From contig CAWCTR010000001.1 in NCBI GenBank assembly GCA_963798485.1, positions 1 to 64,000 on the forward strand: a DNA stretch of 64,000 nt. Direction: 5' to 3'. The first letter of the stretch is position 1, and every line of letters begins with the position of its first letter. A model generated the notes under the pieces. The model was not told the origin of the DNA and made no database searches. It saw nothing but the letters and a program-made list of their open reading frames with translations. This document shows, piece by piece, positions 43,835-53,365 of the stretch. The DNA comes from an uncultured delta proteobacterium. Its GTDB lineage: Bacteria; Desulfobacterota; Desulfomonilia; UBA1062. A program made the position numbers and the translations under genes.

Positions 43835-46800
43835 TTGCCAGCCTCCAGAGAGTCGATGAGAGGACCGTACACCGTCATGGCCAGCTCGCGGAACTCGTCA
43901 TCCAGGGGATCAGTGCCTGCAAAGCAGATCCGTATGGCCGCATCTTCGCTTTCACCGCTCTTATTCCAGCCCCCGCTCCAGGCCTTGCCAGCCTCCTGCA
44001 TGGCCCTCTGTTCATTACCCGTCTTCTTCATGTGCTCTGCATAGGCGTACGAGCTTTTGGGGAAGAAATGGAGCGGCCGGCACAGGCCCTGCCAGTACAC
44101 GTCCAGGAGCCCCTTCAGCACGGCAAAAGGCTCCTCCCCAGAGCTGATGCAGGCCTGCCCTGCCTTGTGGATGTGCATGCCCGCTACCTGCGCACCCGGG
44201 CTCACGGCCTTGAGCAGGAGCACGCTGACCCAGGCCCGCATGAGGTCGCCCGGTTTCAGGTCCGCATAGCGGAACGAGAGGAACCCGCCGCGGCCAAGAC
44301 AGTCAACTGCCCCGGTGATCGTGAAGGCGCCCACGGTCACGCTCACGTCTTTCCTGACCATCTCATAGCCCGCCATGGCCCGCCTGATGAGCGGGAGGAA
44401 GGCATCGATCTCACTGGCAATGCCTGCAAGCGCCAGCTCTCCCGGCACGCCGTGGGGCAGCACCCCTTCGGCCCTGAGCCGTGCCACGTCCGTCTCGCAG
44501 CCCTTTCCTCTCAGCCTCTCAGCCAGGATCCGCTGCTGCAGTCCGTATTGATCGAGACCCGTTATGGCAAAGGGCTCCCGGTCGAGGAGTGCATCTTCCT
44601 CCCGGGGCAGCACAGCGCCAAGGCGGTGCCTCAGGAAGAACCGGGCCGGGTTCCGGAAGAACTCCAGGAGGCGCTCCATGTTCACGCCCAGCCATTCTTG
44701 CTCGGGTTCGGAAAGCCTCACCGCCTCCCCCTGCCCTGCCTGTGCCCCTGTGCGGAGCGCCCTGGCAGCGTCCGCATTGTCCCTGGAATAGCTGAACAGG
44801 CCCGTGCCTGCGGTGAAGTATTTGGGGTTGAAGGCCTGGAGGCAGTGGCGCTTCACCACTCGCTTGCTCACCGGCCCCTCCGGGCTCGTAAAGGCCCTGT
44901 CGAGGTATTCCAGCAGGCTGCTCACCACCACCGAGGGCGGGATAGCGGCATTGTCCTGGATGCCCTGGCCCACGTGGCTGATGGAGAGCACGTTACGGGC
45001 CGAGAGCAGGGCCTCGAGGAAGAGGTAGAGGTCGTCTTCGCGCCGGGAGCGGTCGCCCTTGCGCGGGTGCATGGACATGAGATCGAGCCCGCTTGCGTAG
45101 TCCCTGCGCGGGAAGGATTCATGGTTCATGCCCATGAGGCAGATCACCTTGAACGGGATGCTCCGCATGGGCAGCATGGAGCAGAAGGTGACCCCGCGCT
45201 CCAGGAACCCGGCCCCTTCCGCGGCACTGCCGAAGGCGTTGCCCAGGTGGTGCCGCACCACGTCACAGCTCACCGTGCCGGTGAACCCGGCATCCCGCGC
45301 GATCTTCTCCAGGTTCCGCACAGCGGATTTCAGCCGCAGAAGCTCCGAAGGGTCTCCTCATCCGCAGCAAACAGGTCGTCGATGATCGTGAGGAGCACCT
45401 GTGACCATTCGCCAAGCCCCCGCTCCTGCCTGAGCTCGTCGACTATGGCAAAGAGCCTCTCCACGAAATCCACAAAGCTGCCCAGGAGATCTGCCGAGGC
45501 AGGGTCCATGCCGGTCAAGGGTGCGATGCCCTCGAACAGCTCTTCTCCCCCGCCATGGCATAGCCCAGCAGGAGCCTCTTCAGACCGAAGCCCCAGGTGT
45601 TCTCCTCAAACCCGGGCAGGCCCATTGCCTCTTTATCACGACCGTCCCTGCCCCACCGGATGTTGGCCCCAGTAACCCATGCATGGACCTTCCTCACCGC
45701 CTCCTCGTCCATGCCGAACCGCGCCCGCACCGGCGCCTTGTCCAGCAGATCCATGACGAGCGAAGCCTCGAAGCGCTGCCCAGGCAAATCGAGCACAGCC
45801 ATGAGCGCATCCGCCAGCTGGGAGCTGCGCCTGAACGACCGGTCCGAGATGCTGTAGGGTATGCGGCGCGAATCCCCCCTATCCATATCGAACACGGCCC
45901 GTATAAAGGGCGCATAAGACTCAATATCAGGCGCCATAACCAGCACGTCCCGCGGCTCCAGCCCTTCCTTGCCCTCCTCCCCCTCCTTATCTTCCTCTCC
46001 CCTCTGGGGAGAGGACTGAGGTGAGGGGTACCTTTTACCCTCCTCCCCCCTGGTGGGGGAGGATTGAGGAGAGGGGGACAAAGGAGAGGGGGAATTCTCG
46101 AAGAGTTCCAGCAGCGTATCCAGCAGCACCTCCACCTCCCGCATGGGGCTGTGACACGAGTGCACCTGGATAGAGCAATCGCCAACCTCCACCTCCTCCG
46201 CCCCCTCATCGCCGCTCGTCCTCAAATTCAATATGTCATCCTGAACCTTAGCCAGCATGGTAGCTCGCCCGCCCCCCACAAACAAATCCGTCTCCTCAGG
46301 CTCCAGATCAATGACCATGTCCAGGAAGTTCCTACCAAGCCTGCCCATGCTTGCCAGAAGATCATTGCGCGATTCCAGGTGCAAATCCGCCTCCGGCACC
46401 TTGCTAACGAACCTGGTGATGCGCCTTTCCGGCATGATGTCCGCCCAGTATTCCCTGCAGGGGTTCAGGCAGTAGAGGCTGACATCCATCAAAGCGGAAA
46501 GACCCTTCAGCACCTCCAGATGGAATGCAGGCAGATACGAGATGCCGAAGATGGACACCCTCTCGGGCAGCTTCGACACATCCGAGCGCGCAAGCCCGCT
46601 GCTGAAGAGCTGCTTGAGCCGGGCGCGGTGGTTCGCATCGTCCCCTTCAACAATCTTGTTCCAGAGCACGGCCTGCCAGTTCTCCGGGTAGCCCGCAGGC
46701 GCATTGCCGCCCTCTTCCCACCCGAGCACCAGCTCGGGCCTGAATATGACATACTGGTCATAGATGTTCGCCATCATGGCGCTGAACTGGTAGAGCTTCA

Positions 46801-47167
46801 TGCCTGCAGTGTCGCCCTGGAGGTAGTCCCTGATCCGGCTGAAGCCGCCCAAGCCCAGGAGCCCGGGCAGACAGTCCATGATGCGCAGCGTCATGGCATC
46901 CTTCTCGAACAGAGCGGGCTGCGTGACCCCCGGCAGGATGCGCGAGAACATGTCCAGCACAAAGGCATTGGGAAACGGCCAGCTGACGTTCGCGCACACC
47001 CCGCTGCTGCGCGCCAGCTCCATGGAGAGCCAGCGCTGCATGCCGCGGCTCTGCACAACGATGACCTCGGGAGCAATCGGCGATGAGAGCGGTTCGGACA
47101 AAGATAGAGCAAGGGCCTGCGAAAGGACCTCGAGCCGGTTGCTCTCAATAAGTCTCAGGCCTGACAA
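43828..47167 (-). CDS. recC: exodeoxyribonuclease V gamma subunit; two frameshifts (about 45540 and 45345) and an in-frame repeat insertion
   Basis: SNRLEVL, VVQSRGMQRWL, NPCREYW, HSCHSPMREVEVL, VMAPDI, PMRSIPF, FLEALLSAR. Confidence 0.92.
45993..46077 (+). repeat. two tandem family 1 repeats in frame inside RecC
   Basis: TCCTCTCCCC-TCT-GGGGAGAGGA-CTGAGGTGAGGGG and TCCTCCCCC-CTGGT-GGGGGAGGA-TTGAGGAGAGGGG; they encode PSPQSSP(T/Q)RGEE twice. Confidence 0.85.
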
Positions 47168-47229
47168 CTAGATGCCTCCGGATATGACATGGCGGGCATA
47201 GTATATCCCTTTTCCTGTACGGCATGAAC

Positions 47230-48447
47230 TCATAATGCATGGAATGGGGTTGCCGTGATATTGGGAGCCAGCGGCAGGGATGTACTGCCGAGATGGACAA
47301 GCCAGCCCTTTTCGGTTTTGGCGGAATAGTCTTCCATGAACGAGATCAGGCCGGACGCCATGGAAGGCCTTGGTGTGGCGGTCTGCTTGACCTCAACAGG
47401 GATGAGCCGTCCATGGTGTTCGATGACAATATCCACTTCCTTTCCGTGGGTTGTCCGCCAGAAGTACAGACGCGGTTCGAAACCACTGTGGAACGATCTC
47501 TTGACAAGCTCGGAGATGACAGCAGTTTCGACGATCGCCCCGGCGAGTGGTCCTGCCGAGGCGTGGGCCGGATCACTGAGCCCTGTCAGGTAACAGAGCA
47601 GGCCCACATCGGTGAAGTAAACCTTCGGTGTCTTCACGAGGCGCTTGCCCATGTTCTCGAAATACGGCCTAAGGACGATGACCTGAAAGGTCGCTTCCAG
47701 CACCGAAAGCCAGGCCTTTGTCGTGTTCACCGCAATGCCTAAGTCCCTCGAGATATCCGTGAGGTTGAGCAGCTGTGAGCTGCGGGCCGCCAGTACGCGC
47801 AGGAAATTCTGGAACCCGGAAAGGTCCCCGATCTGCTTCAACTCCCTGACATCCCGTTCGAGATAGGTCTGAACATAACTGGAGAACCACAGCGCCTGGC
47901 TTCGATCCGGCTCGACGGCAAGCTCAGGGTATCCTCCCCTGAGAAACCGTTTCCAAATGTCCTGAAGGGGCACTTCCCTGTTCTGCACTGCACGGCCCCG
48001 CTCCCAGGGGAGCTTTGAGCGGGGATTGCGGTCAAGCTCGCTCATTGAAAGCGGCAGCAGCCTCAATATTGCACTCCGCCCTGCAAGGGACTCGGTCACC
48101 CGCTTCATGAGCATGAGGTTCTGTGATCCGGTTATGAGGTATCGGCCCTTGAGCGACCGCTCGCTGTCTATGCTTTCCTTGATATACGGCAGCAGTTCGG
48201 GGGCATACTGGACCTCATCCAGGATGACCGGAGGTCCGTAGATATCGAGAAACCCCCGGGGGTCTGAGAGTGCAGCCGAACGCACATCCGGCGCCTCAAG
48301 GGACACATACCGGTGGCTCTTGCCGAACAGATGCTTGAGTAGTGTGGTTTTTCCTGACTGCCTGGGCCCGGTCAGGACCACTGCGGGAAACTCCCTTGCA
48401 GCCTTTTTCAATACCGGCTGGAGGGATCTTTCAATGTATGCGCCCAT
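47230..48447 (-). CDS. AAA_14 ATPase with DUF4143 / PD-(D/E)xK-like C-terminus
   Basis: TGPRQSGKTT, LDEVQ, TGS, ESLAGR, GGYP, TYLERDV, KVYFTDVGL, EVD..PVEVK. Confidence 0.88.
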   Translation of the reverse strand: MGAYIERSLQPVLKKAAREFPAVVLTGPRQSGKTTLLKHLFGKSHRYVSLEAPDVRSAALSDPRGFLDIYGPPVILDEVQYAPELLPYIKESIDSERSLKGRYLITGSQNLMLMKRVTESLAGRSAILRLLPLSMSELDRNPRSKLPWERGRAVQNREVPLQDIWKRFLRGGYPELAVEPDRSQALWFSSYVQTYLERDVRELKQIGDLSGFQNFLRVLAARSSQLLNLTDISRDLGIAVNTTKAWLSVLEATFQVIVLRPYFENMGKRLVKTPKVYFTDVGLLCYLTGLSDPAHASAGPLAGAIVETAVISELVKRSFHSGFEPRLYFWRTTHGKEVDIVIEHHGRLIPVEVKQTATPRPSMASGLISFMEDYSAKTEKGWLVHLGSTSLPLAPNITATPFHAL

Positions 48448-48536
48448 GATCACCTCAATTGTGTAATTATGCATTCAGATTGCACGATTGCACATAGCAT
48501 GTCAAGAGGTCTCCGTTTTATGTCAGGGCTTTCAGT

Positions 48537-48565
48537 TTGACACGCCCTGAACCGGAATGTACTAT
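48537..48565 (+). promoter_or_regulatory. sigma70 promoter of the DUF433 gene
   Basis: TTGACA-17 bp-TACTAT. Confidence 0.65.
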
Positions 48566-48601
48566 TACTATATAGCCTGTGGATAAAGAAAAGGGGAAGT
48601 C

Positions 48602-48835
48602 ATGAAAAATCCGATGAAACGGATCGAATTGAACCCGAAGGTATGCAATGGTAAACCGTTCATCAAGGGGACGCGTATTCCTGTATCTGTTATCCTGGAG
48701 CAGATAGCAGAAGGTGTATCCTGGGATGATCTCCTTAAGGGATACCCTGAACTTGTGAAAAACGATATCCAGGCTGCCTTGATCTATGCCAGAGAATCTC
48801 TGGATCATACAGAGATCCGGACGGCACATGGCTGA
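48602..48835 (+). CDS. DUF433 antitoxin
   Basis: RIELNPKVCNGKPFIKGTRIPV, YPEL..DIQAALIYA. Confidence 0.88.
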   Translation: MKNPMKRIELNPKVCNGKPFIKGTRIPVSVILEQIAEGVSWDDLLKGYPELVKNDIQAALIYARESLDHTEIRTAHG

Positions 48836-48920
48836 GCGATACAGGATATACCTGGATCAGATGTTCCGGGTATATATTTCTGTACCTTTAAGGAAGGGAA
48901 AAACTGGGGGAAATCAGTGA
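48828..48920 (+). pseudogene. truncated DUF5615/PIN-like toxin start
   Basis: Overlapping ATG gives MAERYRIYLDQMF (first PIN strand-Asp), then runs into AT-rich island sequence and stops at 30 aa. Confidence 0.5.
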
Positions 48921-49024
48921 AAGCAATTAAGGTATGGAAATCAATCTGTTTCAGTTTTGTCCTCTAAAAATCAGTATGGTGTCCCCAGATTTTCACCTTT
49001 CCCCTGGAGTTCACGCCTAAATTT

Positions 49025-50281
49025 CTAGAAGGGAATGCCTTCGTCCTCCTGGTTAATAGACATCTCAAATAAATTTACCGGTGGTAACGTTGCACCCTTG
49101 GGATCCAACCTTCCAATTAGCTTGAATCGACCGACGTCGATAAGACCACCCACATCGGTGGCTAACTCTCTTATATGCTCCGTCACTACGCAGATAGATT
49201 GCTTGTCATTGACTCTAAACTTGGTCTTGGTCTCTGATTCGATTCGCGCACAGAGGGGTATTGCGGTTGACCAACCGAGATCAGTTATTTGCGAATCAAT
49301 AAATGGACTCGTCTCTTTGGTCGAGCACATCGTGTAAACGAGCGCCACTCCGAGACGCGATGCTACGTGCCGCAGGGCAAAAGCTGTCCGAATAGCTGCG
49401 TCAATATTCTTAATACGAAGCCAACAACCATCGTTGTCTGACGTCTCAATAAACACTGATGCATCGGTTGAAAACATCGACATTAACTGGCGCTGAATGG
49501 CCTCTATAATCTCCATACGATTCTTTGGCTCGTAGCTACTTGAATTAGCTAAATCATATAGAAGGACGATTTCATTCTGGACGGGCTCCTTGATAAGTTC
49601 AGGAACAAGATGTTGCACGTATGATTCATAGATATCGCTGACTATGCGGATCACAGTATCTGCATGTTCAAACACACTCTGTTGAACAGCCAATACTAAA
49701 TCGGCGGACACTAACAAAGGAGGGCCTGGCAAAGTGAAACGACGCATATGTGGGTATTTTTCGAGCAGTGTCGAAAGCGCACTTCCCACCTCCGCCCAAC
49801 GAGACGCAAGGTCAATTTCAGGGATGCTATCCCGTTCATCCCGAATCAGGCCGCAGGTGGAGAAAAGAGTGCGAAAGTATGTCGTCAGTTCACGAAGTAA
49901 ATTATTGAACCAATAGAGTATCCCTATAATGTCTCGATTTCGAGGACTGAGTTCTGGATTAATAATCGATTTAAGATACTTATTTGCAAATGGCTCTAGA
50001 GCAAAGAAGGGTGCTCTCTCATCGGTGAACAAAGCAGAGATTCTACTACGTAAATCGAGCCCAATTGCTTTGAATACTTGCGCCTTGTTTCTGGCTTGTA
50101 GACAGTATGTTGCAAGGTTTTCAAGCGTCTTTGCAATCTCATTGAGTAGACGTTGATATTCTGTAGCCGTATTGTCGCCGTGTAAGTCCAAAAGATCATG
50201 CCATGATTTCAGTAGGTACTCAATATTGTATTTTGGGTGCCTAAACCAAAGCCGAGGTAATTCACGAACAGCATCAGTCAT
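49025..50281 (-). CDS. hypothetical protein with C-terminal class III nucleotidyl-cyclase-like domain
   Basis: IVLLYDLANSS, DNDG, AAIRTAFAL and AIPLCARIE resemble the cyclase Asp, GD and NxxxR spacing; lower GC. Confidence 0.55.
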   Translation of the reverse strand: MTDAVRELPRLWFRHPKYNIEYLLKSWHDLLDLHGDNTATEYQRLLNEIAKTLENLATYCLQARNKAQVFKAIGLDLRSRISALFTDERAPFFALEPFANKYLKSIINPELSPRNRDIIGILYWFNNLLRELTTYFRTLFSTCGLIRDERDSIPEIDLASRWAEVGSALSTLLEKYPHMRRFTLPGPPLLVSADLVLAVQQSVFEHADTVIRIVSDIYESYVQHLVPELIKEPVQNEIVLLYDLANSSSYEPKNRMEIIEAIQRQLMSMFSTDASVFIETSDNDGCWLRIKNIDAAIRTAFALRHVASRLGVALVYTMCSTKETSPFIDSQITDLGWSTAIPLCARIESETKTKFRVNDKQSICVVTEHIRELATDVGGLIDVGRFKLIGRLDPKGATLPPVNLFEMSINQEDEGIPF

Positions 50282-50898
50282 AACCTCCGGCAAAGCCGGA
50301 GGCTTGATTAAACCATGAACCGCTCAAAGCGGTTTAACCCGAGTACCTTTGTCCCTAGCTGAATATGTTCATCTGCTCAAGCCGCTGGTCTTCTTGCTCC
50401 TGCTTCTTGATGTATGACCGGACAACTTCCTCATCCATCCCTACCGTGCTCACATAGTAGCCCCTGGCCCAAAATTGCTGACCCGTGAAATTCTTCCTCC
50501 GCCCCAGGTATGCCCGTGCTATATGTATCGCACTCTTCCCCTTGATATACCCGATCACTTGGGATACCGAATACTTCGGCGGGATCGATATCAGCATGTG
50601 TATATGGTCCTGCATCAGATGCCCTTCGATAACTTCGCTCTCCCTCTGTATGGCCAGTCTCTTCATCACCTCACCAAGATACTTCCTCAACTGCCTATAC
50701 AACGCCTTCCTTCGATATTTCGGTATCCATACAACATGATACTTGCATTCCCATCGGGTGTGCCTTAGACTCTGTTCTTCTTCCATGTTTTGCCTCCTCT
50801 TCTGTAAACTTTGAGCGGTTCACAGTTCGGAGGCTCTTCAATTTTCCCGGAATTGTCAAACTCCGGTGAGTCACCCCGGCATAGCCGGGGGTTTACCT
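50280..50898 (-). mobile_element. IS200/IS605-family element (tnpA only)
   Basis: Subterminal hairpins CCTCCGGC-AAA-GCCGGAGG and CCCCGGC-ATA-GCCGGGG; inserted 3' of TTAT on the minus strand; right end also ends in TTAT. Confidence 0.9.
50355..50786 (-). CDS. tnpA: IS200 Y1 (HUH) transposase
   Basis: YHVVWIPKYRRK, DHIHML, KGKS, FWARGYYVSTVG, YIKKQ. Confidence 0.95.
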   Translation of the reverse strand: MEEEQSLRHTRWECKYHVVWIPKYRRKALYRQLRKYLGEVMKRLAIQRESEVIEGHLMQDHIHMLISIPPKYSVSQVIGYIKGKSAIHIARAYLGRRKNFTGQQFWARGYYVSTVGMDEEVVRSYIKKQEQEDQRLEQMNIFS

Positions 50899-53037
50899 AT
50901 AAGAAATTATATCTTCCTGTTTGCCGCACGTGGAAAGAGCAAGTAGGCGTTCACCGGGAACACCTGAAATCGAGTTCACCGCAGTATCATCGCCAATAAA
51001 AGCCAAACAAGTCTGCACAAAACCCGATAGATCAGGCAAAAGATGACGATCATCAAGCGGTGAATTTTGAAGTGGGTTTCTTCGGATCCATTTTTTCGAG
51101 ATACTTATTTCTGTACGGCTACTTTTTCGTTCCACATTAAAGAGTCCAATGTTCTCTCCCCAATTGGCAAGCGTTTGACGCTGGCCTTCTGTATTTGGTT
51201 CAACACGTGCACCAAATTCGTCAATCACTCGTTTTAGCTGCAGGTCCCGCATGTCAGGGTGATGGCGAAGCCCGGAAAGAAGAACAGCGGATGCAATTTT
51301 TTCGAGCATAAACTCCGACAACCATTTACGCTTCTTACTGTATCTTGGAATCTGTTTCTGCAACTCAAGGACAAGACATGCCATAAAGTACTGAGTTTTC
51401 TTTGCCTTTGTACCATATCCGTTCTCGCCATATCTGTAGACTCGGAGCCATCGCCCTGGCTCGTTATCGTATGGCACATCAAAAACAAATTGAGGAACTG
51501 CTGCACCGGTATCCACAAGCTCATCAATTGCTTCAGATAGCTCATATTGAGTAAGCTTCTTTTTCGAATTCAGAAGGTATCTAAGTTCACCAACACTGAA
51601 GCCCACAGAGAGGCGTCTACGTCTGTCTGTTCTGAGTGCACGCTCTCTACGTTCATGCTCGACGTATGAAATGTTTAGCAACTCTCCGATCAATTCCGTC
51701 GATGTTCTCTCTGCCGGTGAAATCGCTTTGAACGGCTCTAAGGATTTCTGAACTAGCACGTTTCGTTTGAGCCTCTTTTGTACAAGTTCGGAAGCTTTAT
51801 CGTATGATGACGACGGATGATCAACATCTGTTGCTATTGTGGGATGCATGCTCGACCATGTTAGAAGTTCGGTCATTTTATATAAAACTTGCTTCCCTAC
51901 AATTGGACCGAATAGGTACACAAGGTCCTCAAACGACCAAGAAAGTTCTGACAAGTCAACTTGAAGAATGTTGCCGAGAGACAGCTTTTCCCAAGCTTGG
52001 CCGAGAATGTGAAGACCGCAAAGGAAGTAGGCAAGAACGTAGGTACGATAAGAAATACAATCTATATCCGGGTCATGGTTGCAGAATTCTCGGTTTAGGA
52101 CACTTCGAATTAAGTCGCCATAAGGGTTGTCTACACCAACAGTTTCCTGTTCAAATAGACTGGCTCTATCTGGTACCCATTCAAACACATGCATTGGAAC
52201 GATTCTGACCACATTAGTGTCGAAATAGAATCGAATTTTGGAAATGCCTGTTTCCGAAATACCCAACGTATTCAGAAACGATGGTCGAAATGCATTCTCA
52301 GTAAGATCAATACTAATACTCCTCGCACCATCAGATGCGTCACCGACTTTCCACACTGCATGGGGAGATATGAGCTTCTCGATCTCATGTATTACTTGTT
52401 TTTGCTCAATACGAAGCGGGGCGTTTGCTATAGGATAGTCCAGATCGAACGGTTTACAGAGTCGACCCATAGCTGTTACTAGTGCATTGTTAAATGTTGA
52501 TGCTTGCTTAAAGGTCAAACCGAGTGCATATCTTGGTCGGACCAATTCGGTATTCAGTTGATATGTATTAATTGCTATAGCATAAGGGATTGGCTTACCT
52601 CCACAAGCTGAAACGAGTTGGCATACGTATTTCAAGGTACTACCGTAGATCGCGATATCATCTATAACAGGAACTTCCTCCCCCTGGAAAAACTCATGCG
52701 GTAGGAAAGCGAGACTGCGGTCGGTTAATACCTCCAACCCGTGAAGGTGTTTCTGTAGTGGTCCCCGTTTGCATATGTCAAATAATCGTGGCCCCTTGCG
52801 AGCAAGCGCGACAACATATCTAGCACCAGTGCCTTGGATATCTTCGAGAACTTTTTCCATGGCATCGTGATAGCGATTCTCAAAAACAGTTTCGTCGTTA
52901 ATCAATGAGAATGATTTATCGTTCATTGGGAATATGGTTTCTTTATTGGCGATAGCAGTCCATAACATCGTATCCATCTGTTCCATACCCGAAACTTGCA
53001 ACCAATGCAAATCAAAATATCCAGTGTTGTCACCCAT
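50893..53037 (-). CDS. phosphoribosyltransferase-domain protein (conflict-system type), 3' end hit by IS200
   Basis: VVALARKG and PRPP loop VIDDIAIYGSTL; middle wHTH-like segment (LSEAIDELVDTGAAVP). Confidence 0.6.
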   Translation of the reverse strand: MGDNTGYFDLHWLQVSGMEQMDTMLWTAIANKETIFPMNDKSFSLINDETVFENRYHDAMEKVLEDIQGTGARYVVALARKGPRLFDICKRGPLQKHLHGLEVLTDRSLAFLPHEFFQGEEVPVIDDIAIYGSTLKYVCQLVSACGGKPIPYAIAINTYQLNTELVRPRYALGLTFKQASTFNNALVTAMGRLCKPFDLDYPIANAPLRIEQKQVIHEIEKLISPHAVWKVGDASDGARSISIDLTENAFRPSFLNTLGISETGISKIRFYFDTNVVRIVPMHVFEWVPDRASLFEQETVGVDNPYGDLIRSVLNREFCNHDPDIDCISYRTYVLAYFLCGLHILGQAWEKLSLGNILQVDLSELSWSFEDLVYLFGPIVGKQVLYKMTELLTWSSMHPTIATDVDHPSSSYDKASELVQKRLKRNVLVQKSLEPFKAISPAERTSTELIGELLNISYVEHERRERALRTDRRRRLSVGFSVGELRYLLNSKKKLTQYELSEAIDELVDTGAAVPQFVFDVPYDNEPGRWLRVYRYGENGYGTKAKKTQYFMACLVLELQKQIPRYSKKRKWLSEFMLEKIASAVLLSGLRHHPDMRDLQLKRVIDEFGARVEPNTEGQRQTLANWGENIGLFNVERKSSRTEISISKKWIRRNPLQNSPLDDRHLLPDLSGFVQTCLAFIGDDTAVNSISGVPGERLLALSTCGKQEDIISYR

Positions 53038-53120
53038 ATCATAATTTCTAAAAAATTAACATCATTGATACCCGATTGAAGTCCAGCATTTTTTATTTAG
53101 GTTGATGTTCTGGAATAAGT

Positions 53121-53222
53121 AAAGGGGACGTTTCTATTTTCCACTCTCCGTTACAAATATTAAATAAATAGAAACGTCCCCTTTTTTCCCCTTTTTTCCC
53201 CGAAACGTCCCCTTTTTTCCCC
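53121..53222. repeat. family 3 GGGGAC...GTCCCC element with stuttered right end
   Basis: AAAGGGGACGTTTCTATTT / AAATAGAAACGTCCCCTTT, then tandem CCCCTTTTTT and a second GAAACGTCCCCTTTTTTCCCC. Confidence 0.85.
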
Positions 53223-53365
53223 TCAATCTAACTTACTTATTGCATCCTTTTGATAAGCCTAAATGATGGTCAAATGCCTTATTTCGGATGAACATAAAAA
53301 ATGATTCCTCCATATTTGAATATATTACACATAACCTTTTTATAGCTTACATTTTCTGTCCTGTT

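Noticed and set aside
44032-47086. Long + strand ORFs (547 aa and 340 aa)
   Set aside because: Antisense shadows of GC-rich recC with no protein motifs
50280-50898. TnpB/IscB RNA-guided system
   Set aside because: The element is 619 bp and encodes only TnpA
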